Below, piece after piece: positions 14,996 to 26,720 of a stretch of DNA of 64,000 bases. The stretch covers positions 32,986,001-33,050,000 of the forward strand of contig NC_045697.1 in the NCBI RefSeq assembly GCF_009834535.1, given 5' to 3'. The stretch is from Camelus ferus. Its lineage: Eukaryota. The translations under genes were made by a program, and so were the position numbers. Position 1 is the first letter of the stretch; every line of letters starts with the position of its first letter. A model generated the notes under the pieces. That model searched no databases. It was not told the DNA's origin and was given only the letters and a program-made list of their open reading frames with translations.

Positions 14996-15545
14996 ATCAT
15001 AAAGAAAGGGTATGGTTTACATTATTAATATGGTGCATTGCTGAAATTTTCCCACCTCTTCAAGCCATGAAACTAAATAGTAAAAGGAAATCTTGTTGCT
15101 TATAAAAATTTCACTATCTATTTAAATTTTATTTCATTTAGAAAGATTTCCTAGAACCCCACACAATTATATTAGATTCCCCTTCAGTGTTCTTCTGTGG
15201 TGCTCTTATGTAGAAATCCACCATATAAGACAGATTTTTGTTTGTTTTTAAGAGCTGCTTTCCTCACCTTTGCAATTTTCATCAGGCAAGTCCTTGAGGG
15301 AGATTCCGTGAAATCCTTGGTTCTCCTCTGAGCCCAATTTGAAAACTACTGATCTGTATTATTAAGCAATAAAGGAGCATATTAAGATTCAACCTTAATA
15401 AAGACAATGGACAAGCATTCTATGAAGATGTAACTTAAAATAATATATGCTAACATAGACCTTGATGACTGGAAATTCAGAGCATGGTTCATTTATTTTT
15501 AGTGCCTGTCCCAGGACTAGAGTAGGACTCAGCAACACATCAAAA

Positions 15546-15654
15546 ATGTGCCAACCAGTTGCAGAGCCGCCTTCTTACTCATGTGCCAACCAGTTGCAGA
15601 GCCGCCTTCTTACTCATGTGCCAACTAGTTGCAGAGCCGCCTTCTTACTCATGT
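15546..15654 (+). repeat. Tandem repeat of a 35-bp unit, 3.1 copies
   Basis: atgtgccaaccagttgcagagccgccttcttactc at 15546, 15581 and 15616 (one C>T in copy 3), then atgt. Confidence 0.97.
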
Positions 15655-17309
15655 TTCAGGCCTGCAGAAGACATAGCAGAGGATATAATGGTTCCAGACG
15701 GCAGTAGAAAGTGCTCCACCTTTCAAAATGCCCTCTACAAGTACCTAATACTGAAAGTCACTTGTGTCATTAATCTTTTCTTTTAATTTAAATACCATTC
15801 TGTGTTATAAGAGAATTGATTGCATTATATTTATTTGTTGAAAAGTGGTTTTCCTTCGTACTAGAGAATTAAGGCCAGAGGGTTATGTAAGTTGATTTTA
15901 CATCCATAACACATTGAACAAAATATACGAAAAAAGAAAATGAATTAAAGGAAAATTCGAACAATAAAACACACAAAAATGTCAGGACTTATTATGCAGA
16001 TAATATGCATACAAGGTTTTATAGACATTGACTCATTTGCACTCAGCAGTCAGCGCGTAGTATATCTGTGACTTCCTTCCTCGGTCTAAGACAAACCTTT
16101 TTGATTTTCTGTGAACTTCTTAACACAAATCATAACTTTTAGAAGACGCTGCTTTTGATATGAACATCAGAGTCCCTGTTTGCTAATAAACACGCTAGAG
16201 TTTGACCAATAGCTCAGTGGGTTTAAGTACAATCTGGCTGAAAGTAACCATTGATATCTTTCTTCTAAATAAGTCTTGAATGAAGTAATATTAATTTGTA
16301 TATTAAAATGTGTCAATTTGTGGAGTTGCTGCTTTAAAAAAATCATCACCCAGGAACAGGCAAACAGGAATGCTAATTTTATGGCACTGTAATATCTGCC
16401 ATGTCTTTGTATATTTATTAGCTACGTAAAGTGGGGAATCTTCATCCTAAATTTAAGAATCACATGTTTTGTGAATATCTATTATGTGATAAACTTCAGG
16501 CTGAATGCTAGGAAAAATAAAACAAAACAAAATAAAGCTGGCTCATAGGGGAAGGTCCGTGTTATTTGCTAAATAAGTAAATAAATATTTAAAGAGGTTG
16601 AAAAGAATTAAGCCTGTCAACTTTAGAGTGAATAAGTTTTATTTGATCAATATTTTATTGAATAATTAATACATAATATGATAATGCTTTGCTAATATAG
16701 TAGGTCCTTGAATTGGCGTTCAATTCAAAGAAAGAAAGAGTAACATTGAGGCCTGGGACAGGATTAACTTAAACATTTGAGAAAAGCGCTTGTATTGGCA
16801 GAAGAGAACATGAGGGCAAAGGAAAGGGTAAAAGAAATGAGATAGTTATAAACTCTGTTTCAAATCTTTGCTTTATATAGTATATTAAGAAAAGAAAAAT
16901 ATGATTCTTTGTATGCAAGAAAGTGATATAAAGTTCAGAAAAGTAAAGAGGGTACATTAAGAAGACACTTCTAAAATACTTCACAAAGTCTGAAATTCAA
17001 CATTTATGTAAGAAGATGCACAAATTGTTGTTCAGCAAGGAAACAGTTGTGCAAATGTGTTTAACAGAAATTAATTTGTGAGTTGCATTTTGGATTGGAA
17101 AGAGGACCACTGGACTCCATTTCTAGTTGAATGTGATACTAGACCATAAAGAAACCTTTTCCAGTTCAACATAGTAAAAATACTAGGTAATTAAAAGTTA
17201 CATATTTTTATAGATGACTGAGCCCTTGAAGAAAAAAGTTCAGGAGTTCCTCAGAGGAGAGAAATGTTCAAATATACATGCAGAAAAGTAATGGCCTTTC
17301 TTTAAAATA

Positions 17310-17412
17310 GGTAGTAGATATATGGAAATTCTCTGTACCTTCCCCTCAACTTTGTTGTGAACCCAAAACTGCTCTAAAAATAAAATCTTTTAAAAATACG
17401 ATAAATAAATAA
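17310..17412 (+). mobile_element. L1MC-type 3' terminal fragment
   Basis: atatatggaaattctctgtaccttcccctcaactttgttgtgaacccaaaactgctctaaaaataaa. Confidence 0.75.
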
Positions 17413-17598
17413 ATATGGAGGAATATACTTAATATTAGAAATTGATGTGGGATTATAAATTGTTAAAACCACTTTGGAAATTGGTCACAAATAAAACTGA
17501 TAAACGAAACCTCAATAACAATCAGAAATAAAATCACCCTCCCCCAGACATTTAAAAACAACGATCTGAAAAAAGGTAAATACAAATTGATGTCAGAA

Positions 17599-17700
17599 GG
17601 GAGGGTATAGCTCAGTGGTAGAGTGCGTGATTAGCATGCACAAGGTCCTGGGTTCAATCCCCAGTACCTCCCTTCAAATAAATAAACCTAATTATCTCTA
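17599..17700 (+). mobile_element. tRNA-Ala-derived SINE, camelid vic-1 type (monomer 1)
   Basis: gggagggtatagctcagtggtagag (A box)...ggttcaatccccagtacctcc (B box), followed by aaataaataaacctaatta tail. Confidence 0.9.
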
Positions 17701-17701
17701 A

Positions 17702-17788
17702 GGAGGTTAGTATAACTCAGTGGTAGAGTGCATGCTTAGGATGCATGAAGTCCTGAGTTCAATTCCCAGTACCTCTATTAAAAAAAAT
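17702..17788 (+). mobile_element. tRNA-Ala-derived SINE, vic-1 type (monomer 2)
   Basis: gtataactcagtggtagagtgcatgcttagg...gagttcaattcccagtacctctatt plus A8 tail. Confidence 0.88.
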
Positions 17789-17919
17789 ATTGATGTTGTC
17801 GAATTTCTAGAAGTCAAAAATAATATAAAAATTCATGTCTGAATTTGTTTGATAATGCTAAAGAAGTGTTCACATGAAGACTCATAGTTTCAGATTCTTA
17901 CCAATAAGAAATAATAAAG

Positions 17920-18945
17920 ATCATCTGTATGCTGATGATTCTCAAATTTATATCTCTAGCCCAAATCCTCTGCCTGACCTTTCAGACATGCACTACTGAA
18001 TACGAATTCCAACACAGTATATTCATGTTGCTGGCTCTCACTCTTAGCACTGCTGAAACCAAGTTCATGACCCTCCCTCCCAACACAAGCTCCTCCTGCA
18101 AGCTTTCTCATCTCGGGCAGTATACTGAAATACCATTTCTTCTAGTCTCTCAGGCATTGAGTCCTTTCTCTCTTTATCCATCAGCAAATTCTTTTGGCTC
18201 TGCTTTCAAAATATATCCACAGTTTGACCACTTCTCAATGCAAAAGCCATCATCCTTCTCATCAAAATTGACATCATTTCTTGTCTGGATTTTTTTTATA
18301 ACCTTCTAACTGGCCTTCCTGCTTCTCCCTTAGCCTAAGCCCCTGTAGCTTATCCTGTAGCAGAGAAGAGGAGTAGAATTGATTATATCTCTCCTCAAAG
18401 TCCTCCAAAAGCTTCAAAGTAAGAGCCAAAGTCCTTACTAAACCCCACATGATCTGGCTAATGGCACCTTTTTAATCCCAAGCCCTCTCACACTCTCTGC
18501 CTTGCTCACTCGGCTTCTGCTTCATGCTCTCCTCGCCACCTCCTGGTCAGGACAGGTACACACTCACATCAGGGACTTTGCATTTCCTACTTTCTATGTC
18601 TCTGTATCTATCTGACTGATGCGCCCTCTTCTTTCAGGTCTTTGGTCAAAATTGCTTTTTCATTGAGGCCTTTCCTGACAACCTTAAATAGGTGAATTAG
18701 ACCCCCTATTATTTCATGTTGTTGTTTTCTGCTGCATTTTCTGCCTAGCATTTATCATTAAGTATTCTTGATATATTGACTTATTTTCTTTGCTCATCGA
18801 TCACCTCTACCACTCTAATGTAAGCTCCTTGAAGTCAAGAGATTTTCATCTCCTTTACTTCATTGCTGTATCTCTAGCTCTTAAAACAGTCCTGGCATGT
18901 AGTAGGTACTGAATGGATATTTGTTGAATGAGTAAATGAATGAAT
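17920..18945 (+). mobile_element. L2 (L2a-like) 3' portion
   Basis: tatgctgatgattctcaaatttatatctctagccc (YADD RT motif) through taagctccttgaagtcaaga...tttgttgaatgagtaaatgaatgaat tail. Confidence 0.9.
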
Positions 18946-19110
18946 TTCATGTATATATAAATTTCCAAAACAGTAAACCATTTATTGCTTAGAGATAACC
19001 ATGAATGTGGTTTGAATATAAAGAAATACAGTAAATCCTGAGCAAGTATCATGGCAGTAGGTCTCTCTGTGGATGAGATAAGGGAACGTAATCATGGGTT
19101 CGTCACCAGT

Positions 19111-19889
19111 TGTGGGTTCTGGCCAGCAGAATTCCCACCGAGACAGAATGAATTACTCGAGACTCTGTGGAAAAAGTCAAGAGAGCAAGAGGGAGTCGGC
19201 AGCCAACTCCACGAACCTCTCAAATGCTCCCACATTTATTGTGTACAATCAAAGGAGAAATCACTGACAGTTGTGTGATGGAATGCAGGAAATTAGGGAA
19301 AGACAGGGTGGGATCGAGATTGTAGAGTTTGGCTCAAGGTCAGAAGACCCTTTATGTTTTGGTAAATCATGTTCATGTTGGCATCAGCGAGCCTTGCAGC
19401 TTATCAGGGCAGAATGTATGAGAAGCAGCTGCTTAACATTTTTCTTGGACTCAGGTGGCTGTGCCTGTCTTAGGTTGCCCCCCTTTGGGGATCTTACCCA
19501 GTCATTGGCTAACCAGCCTTCTCACCTCTGTGTCTGCAGCTTTTCATAACTTGTTTACCATTCCAGCCCAAGACTCCTTCCTTTGTGGGCCTACAGTTTA
19601 CCTTTAGGGAAGTCATGGGAAGAGGGGAGCAAGATACATTCTTACAGATCTGTTAAAGCAGACCACCAGCCCAGCCAGCTTCCTTGCTTTGGGGATAGAA
19701 GACTATCTAACAGTAGGCACGCCCAGCGTTTATAGCCGAGGGCCTGGGTCATTGCTTTGCAAAGAGCAGAGTGCTATCTAAAACCTCAACTATGGAAGCA
19801 AGGCAGTTACTAAGCACATTTGCTCTTCTTTAAGGAGACAAGTGGCTGGGGTCTGTTACAATTTGTTAACCCAATCGTGGGCTCCCGCA
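19111..19889 (-). mobile_element. Solo ERV LTR (ERV2/betaretrovirus-like termini), fairly young
   Basis: Minus strand reads TGCGGGAGCC...AGAACCCACA with terminal inverted repeat TGYGGG; AATAAA on the minus strand at 19235-19240; GC/CpG-richer than its flanks; cgtaatca is duplicated on both sides; it interrupts a degraded L1ME-like 3' fragment. Confidence 0.8.
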
Positions 19890-22479
19890 CGTAATCAGAA
19901 TGTCCACAGGTGCTTTGAAGATACTAGTTACAGCCTTTCTTTAAGATGGGTAGGTGGGCCCATGGTATTCATTATTGTTATTATTTGTACTGTACATATA
20001 CATATATAAATGCTTTGATTTTTAAAAATATTTTAAATAATAAAAGAATGAAAGGGAGCATAAGGCAGGAAGGAAGATCCAATAAAAGCTCATTTTAATA
20101 TCATCACATCCTTCCCAGATGCACGGGGCAGTGAAGTCTCAACATTGTAAGTCAATTCTTGGTAAATCTGGGCAAAGATAATTTAACAGGAAAAGTACAC
20201 TTATTAATTTAAAAATGAAATCAGATATAGGTTTGTATAAGCAATATTCAGTACATAAATACAAATAAATATATAGATAGATAGGCACCTCTGTTTTCTA
20301 TGTATTTTTAAAATATCCACACATGTCTCTTCCCAAAAGCCAAACATTTCTGAAGAGCAAGTCACATATGATGAAATAAGAAAAAGATTTCTCTCATAAA
20401 CAAATAGGTAGATCATACTCTAAGAAGCAACATGGTATGTGTCTTAATGTATTAAAATAAATCTACTTTGTCATTTGGTAAATAACATACTTCATACACC
20501 TATTTCCTCCTCAGAATATCATTGAAAACAAGATAATTTTGACCTAATGTTTCCAAAAGAAATAACTTCAAATTGTACAAAACATTAAAATATTAAATTG
20601 AATTAGAAAATGCCACATTTACAAATGCTCCATAATAGTACAATGTGTTTCAGAGGCCTGGGTTTTGTTAATATATATGAGTGCTTATTCTTTATACAAA
20701 TCACAACTAAATAGATTTCAAGAGAAACATCTGATGGTGTGATTTATGCAAATTACTTGATTCAGTTTCAATTAAGTTGCTTCAGCAATTTAAGCAGCTA
20801 ATTTGATTAACTGAAAATGTTTTCCTTCACTGGGATTTATGAAAACTTTAAATCAGTTCCCTATTGTAAAATGACTTAAATGATTGGTAGAATACCATGA
20901 GGCATTTATTCAGTTTTAACAATATTTATTTTTTTGTGCTTTAGACTCAAGTCATGTATTTATGTGATTGAAGCTCTTGACATCCTATATATGCATTAGA
21001 TAGTTTATAAATCACACAGTATGATAGAAATTATAGTGATAGAATCATAATGCATGACATAAAGACTTTCTTTCACCTTTGGTTGAAAAATCAAATTTGA
21101 TCTCTTATGTCTGAAATAGAAGGAAAAGACAATTCTTTATTCATAAGTTATGGATCATATTTATACTTATGCAACATTTTTGGTGAATATTGCTGTCTTT
21201 TCAAAAAGAAAAATGGGTAACAAAAGAACTCCAATCTAGCCTTTCTTTTTCTCTAATCTATTGAATATCTAAGATAAAAATACAGCAAACATATGAAAAT
21301 GTTTGGTTTTCACTGGACAATGGGATGATAAGAACTTATATTGGAAAGTGTGATTGGCATCAGCAAAGTTTTGATCAGTACTTCCCAATCCACAGGTTGC
21401 CAGTTCTGTACTGCAGGTGTGTGTGATAAAGAATGTGGGGAAAGAGAAGACTCCAGTCAGCTTCATGAGCAACTCTATGCCTTCTCTGGGAAAGTGACCC
21501 TAAAGTAAAATAAAAACCATTTTTGGAAGGGCATTTTATCAATTAGTCTAGTGCAATAGTATTTTTCACTTTTTCTCTTATGTTCCATTTGCATTTGTTA
21601 ATTTCCTTTCTTCATTATTTTATTTTTAGTGAGGGGACAGTGTCATAACTTCTCCCCATCAGATTCATCATGGGTTTATTCCCAGTCTTGTCAATTCTCT
21701 GAAATGTGGGATATCTAAAATTCACACAACTGAATTTGCACAAGTTACTAAGTGTTAAAGAGCAAAGGGAAGGAAAAACAGGTGGATAGGAAAAAACCCT
21801 GGGGGTTGTTGGGAGAAGCAACTCTCCCAGACAAATGACTTCGGCTTTTCCTACAAGCCTTCATCTCTGAGAGGCACAATCTATCCACAAAGCAGAGAAA
21901 AACTGTCTGGTGGTTCTTTGGAAGCACTCAAAGATTTATAATTTACAAAATAAATATAATAGCATATTGATCGACTCATCAGACAATTACTCTGTGAGTT
22001 AATCATCACTTTTTCTGAGCTTGTTCAAAATATTTTGAAATTTCACTTAAGTAATTTGGCTAATTTAAAATTATATTTTTCAAATGGCCCTGGCCACATT
22101 TTCTACTAGGCGTTTTAACCTTAGCTCTACTCAACCCATAAAAGAATGATTCTGTGCCTAATCATTTTTGTTGTTGTCTCATTTTTTTCCTGGAAGGTGA
22201 TGTAATAACTTGTACAAGGTACAAAATAACATAAACAGTATAACAGAGGTTTTATACACCATATTGTTTGACAGTTTTCCAAACAGGGAACTCTACTATC
22301 AAGAAATGTATGCAGTTGATTCAGTTCTTTACTTTCTTGGGCAAACACTAGAGGGAAACAGCAGATTAATTTTTTTTTTTAAAGAAAAGCCACAAACACA
22401 AAAGGGTAACGAAATATCAATCTAAAGCAAATTTAGGAGATTGTACAAGCCTTGTTTTCGGAAACTGGTGTTTGACTGG

Positions 22480-22970
22480 AGTGGGTGATTTTTAAAATGG
22501 CTACAGTTATCGACGTTCACCCTATAGCCAGTGTGACGCTGCAGCTTTTCACATGAAGGATTGAATCCAGTTTGATCTGATGACATGCATTGTCCAACAG
22601 AGTTAGGAGGGAGTGATGATGTGCCAGTCTAAGTCTAGGCCCCACATGGTCTTGAACACTTTCACTCATTTCCTTGGAAACCTTACAGTGACTTACAAAA
22701 GAGCGCAGCAGTCAAGATGGAGGATAAGAGATAACATGAAGGGAAGCTAAGGGACTTCAAGACAGGCAGCAGACCCCAAGTAGCAGAGCTACCCAGCAGA
22801 TTCACAGCTGATCACAATGCTTAAGAAACCCCAGCCAAAATTACAAGAATTTCTCAGCTGATCAGAGCCTAAATTGCCAACCCAAGGAATTATGAGCTAT
22901 ATATGTGGTTGTTGTTTTAAACTACTAAGCTTTCAAGTGGTTTGTTATGAATAATTAGTTAACTGATAGA
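22480..22970 (+). mobile_element. MLT1 (MaLR) LTR, MLT1H-like
   Basis: aaaatggctac...gtgatgatgtgccagtctaagtctaggcc...gcctaaattgccaaccca...ggttgttgttttaaactactaag...aactgataga. Confidence 0.8.
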
Positions 22971-22989
22971 GTATGTATGTAATTGTGTA

Positions 22990-23480
22990 AGAGACTGTTA
23001 GCTGTCTAAGTATCAACAAATAGTTTACACTTTGGTGCAAGAACTTTGACTTTTAGTAGGTAGCTTGCCAAAGTAAAAAGCTTACTTTTCTGTACTTTCA
23101 TTGCATCTAGGGGTAACCATTTGATTAAGTTCTAGTCTATAAGATACAAAAAGAAGAATTGTAAAAAATTATCGTGAAATCTACTTTAAGAAAGTTTTAA
23201 GCCTTTTATTTCTCAGTTGCTCTTTCTGTTTCCCAGAATATGATTTTGATAGAAGGAATTTCAGTAGCCATTTTGGACCATGAACTATCCCTGGTGGTGG
23301 AAACCACATGTTGAGGAAGAAAATAGAAGCTTGGAGATTTCTTAGAGTTTATCTAGGGGCCACCATATCAGTCCATCAATTCCAAACTTTTTTTAATCAA
23401 AGATAAGTAAATTTATAGTTTAATTAAGCCATTGTCAAAAAGTCTTTCTCTTATGCAAATAATTATAGTCATAGTACATT
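22990..23480 (+). mobile_element. Degraded MLT1 (J/K-like) LTR
   Basis: ggggtaaccatttgattaagttctagtctataaga...agtagccattttggaccatgaa...gtttaattaagccattg. Confidence 0.5.
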
Positions 23481-23489
23481 AACAAATAT

Positions 23490-25600
23490 TCTTACCCAGA
23501 ATATATAGGGAACACATGCACATCAATAATTAAAAGGCAAACAAAACAATGGGGAAAAAATGGCAAAAATATCTAAAGACAGTATATATAAAATACAAAT
23601 CAAATGGCTAATATATGCATAAAACATATTTCACCTTTCTAGATTTCAGGGAAACAGAAAAAAAGCAGTAATGGAACGTTATCCATTAGACTGGTGAATT
23701 TTTTTAATTTTAGGTCTGGTAATGTCAAGGATTGTTGAGACTATAGAGCAAACAAAATCCTTACATACTTCTGAAGGAATTGAAAGACTACTTTGTTTAG
23801 CAATGTGATAATATCCAATTAAATTATAAAGATTCATTCCCATCAGACTCCACAATTCCACTTCTAGTAATATATGCCTATTAAATATTTTTGCACATCT
23901 AGTACCAAGATTTTATTTTCTAAATACGATTATCCAATAAAAAGAGCCTGAATTCCCTGGAGAAGTGGTTGATTTCAGGCCTAGGGTAGAGAAAACACAA
24001 GATGATCCTAGAGTAACTTGTAGACCAAAAAGCAGGGCCATGATTTAAAAAAAAAAGGATGGGGTCATTTAAAAAAAAACAAACTGCAAAATAAAAACTG
24101 AAACAGAAGTACTGATCTGAAAGAGCTCCAAATGGCCAAATCTGTTACAATTTAAATAGCAAAAAGAACAATAATATTCAATTAGAACTCATTCAACAAC
24201 AACAAAAAATCCAATATCCATGAGTCAGTACTGAAATAAGCAATTGAATACAATGCAGGGGGTTAAGAACTGCTTTTCCTCTCAGAAGAATTTCAGTAAA
24301 TAAATATACTAGGAATGAAGGAAGTAGAAAGTTATCACTAAGAAACCAGCATAATAATTGTTGAAAGCACAATCCACTTGATACTTGCTAAGGGCGAGAG
24401 TTTGTGGAGAAATAGGGTGTTACATAGTCTAAAGGTATATATTTTCCAAGAAATTGATTAATTATCAGGAGAATATTGTAACTTTACAGTTGAGACACTT
24501 GGCAGGTTACAGGTTATCAAGGTAATGTCTATTAATAAGATAAACTATTGACATCCATCAGCCTCCTGATATAAGGCCCTGAATAGGGTAGAACTTTTCA
24601 GTGATGTCCTTGCCAATAATGCAGAATTGACATCTAATTATGAATAAATAAATCCCTTATTGTGGGACATTGCACTAAATAACCGGCAAGGAAACTAAAG
24701 ACGTTTTAAGGTCATGAAAGGCAAGGAAAGAGTGAGGAATTGTCACAGATTGAAAACTAAGGAGACATGAAAACTAAATAGAATAAGTGATCCTGGATGG
24801 AATCTTAGAAAAGAAAAAGGTCATTAGTGGAAAGTGCTATAGAAATTTGAAAATATTTTGTATTTTGTTAATATTGTACTAATGTTAATTTGTTGGTTTT
24901 GATACTCATACTGTGGTGGTAAGGTAGTTGTTAACGTTAGGGCAAGCAGAGTGAACGGTGTATAGAAACTCTCTATACCATTTTTGCTAGTTTCCTATAA
25001 ATCTAAAGTTATTTCAAATAAAATATTAAAATGATTTTCACAATGGAATAATAGCACAAAAATGAGATTGTCCATTGAGGCAATGGTTATCACTGTAAAC
25101 AACTCAAATAACCATCTATGAAAATGGTTATAGTTACACATTCAGACAATAAAATATAGTAGTTAAATCAAATGGATTTTGCTACCTGTATTGATATAAA
25201 TATGAACAAATCTCTAAATAAGAGTTGAGTTTAAAGCTGACTTTCAAAACAGTTTCATGTTACTTAATTTAACATTGGAAATATGCAAAAAAAATGCCAC
25301 ACAGATACATTATTTGTGGATAGATACACACACAAAGTAATAGTAGATCACCTGCAAGGCAAGTATAAGCACCAGCTTCAGCATAGTTTTTGCATCTGGG
25401 AAAAGAGAGAGGAATGGAATAATGAAAAGGACACAGACAGCTTCAACCCTATCTTTAAATATTTATTTTTAAATTAAAGGAAATTGAAAGAAGTATTACA
25501 AAATGTTAGGCTTTGCTGGGAGCTGTGTGGAAGGTACACAGACATTGCTCCTTTATTATTTCCAACTTTTTCTGTATGTTTGAAAATTTCAAAAGAATAA
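23490..25600 (+). mobile_element. L1ME-type 3' fragments with a nested L1MC4-like 3' end (about 23905-25030)
   Basis: cccagaatatatagggaac...aatggctaatatatgcataaaacatat; ttccctggagaagtggttgatttcagg...tgatcctggatggaatcttag...ctataaatctaaagttatttcaaataaa. Confidence 0.75.
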
Positions 25601-26264
25601 AAGAAATATAGAAAAGCATGAGATGAAAAGGATAGTAAGAAACTCAGAAAATATAATGGTCCTCTGAAAGAGAGCTGTCATGAGTGCCTAAATTCAGCTC
25701 ATAGCATAGGGAGTACAAAGGTAGAATATAAAAGTAGTAAGACTTGGCAACATTATATATATAATTTTAATATAAAATTATTCTAAGATTTTAAATCTAA
25801 GAGTTTGACTATGTTGATAGATCATATTGAATGACAAGAGGGCAAATGTGATTTTAGAGAATTGAATGCAGTAAGAAGAGATTAAAATGTCTATCATGAA
25901 GTTTGAAACAGAAGATTAGACCTCATGGAGGAGATCATAGATGGACTGGAGGGGAAAAAGTCAATGCTATAGTTATCTGCAGACCAAAAACAGAAAAAGG
26001 AGACCAGAAGAACAAAGGAAAAAGAAAAGGAAGCAAATTAGGGAGCAAAGGAATAGATGAGTAAGAAAACCTGAATCCAAAGTATTGAAGGGACTGCATT
26101 GATGGGGACATTTTCAGGTAAGAAAGGTAACAGAGCTAAAGATTTTATATGGAACCAAACGGGTAATGGAAGAATAAAAATAGGATTTTTTAAAAAGTAC
26201 TTATTTGGATATGGTTTACATATAAATATGTTTCTTGTTTATGAAAGTCCACTTTATACCAAGT

Positions 26265-26720
26265 CTTAAGAAAATCAAACATTGTTGAAAGAAATTAAGG
26301 AAGACCTATATCAATTGAAAGACTATTCATTTTTATAGATAGGGAGATTTAATATCATTAAGATGGCAATCCTCCCCAAATTTATCTACGAATCCAGTGC
26401 AATTCCCCACAAACTCACAGCCATCTTATTTACAGATACTGATAAACTAATTCTGAAATTCATATGGAAATGCAAGGGATCCAGAATAATTAAAAATTAT
26501 GGAAAAGGAAGAGCAAATTTGATAATTCACACTTCCAATTTTCAAACCCTACTAAGTTACAGTAATCAAGACTGCAGTACTGACATAAAAAAACTTAAAA
26601 ATTTGGGTATGAATCATTCTGGCAATGAAGTCAATGTTGAACTAATGTAAATTTTCTACAAAGCAATCAATAAATGCAGTGTAATTACAATAAAAATTCC
26701 AAAGACACCTTTTGAAAGGC
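26265..26720 (+). mobile_element. L1 ORF2 remnant
   Basis: ORF 26363-26650 [15 protein letters not shown]...[16 protein letters not shown] matches L1 ORF2p (MAILPKxIYRFNAIP...LKFIW). Confidence 0.85.

Noticed and set aside
15546..15654. CRISPR-like array of 35-bp repeats
   Set aside because: The units are contiguous with no spacers, there are no cas genes, and the DNA is mammalian.
17599..17776. Two functional tRNA-Ala genes
   Set aside because: Stems and anticodon arms are degenerate, and both have SINE-type A-rich tails and a candidate TSD.
26363..26650. 95-aa ORF as a gene
   Set aside because: It is an L1 ORF2 remnant that drifts out of frame; the same applies to 10585-10893.
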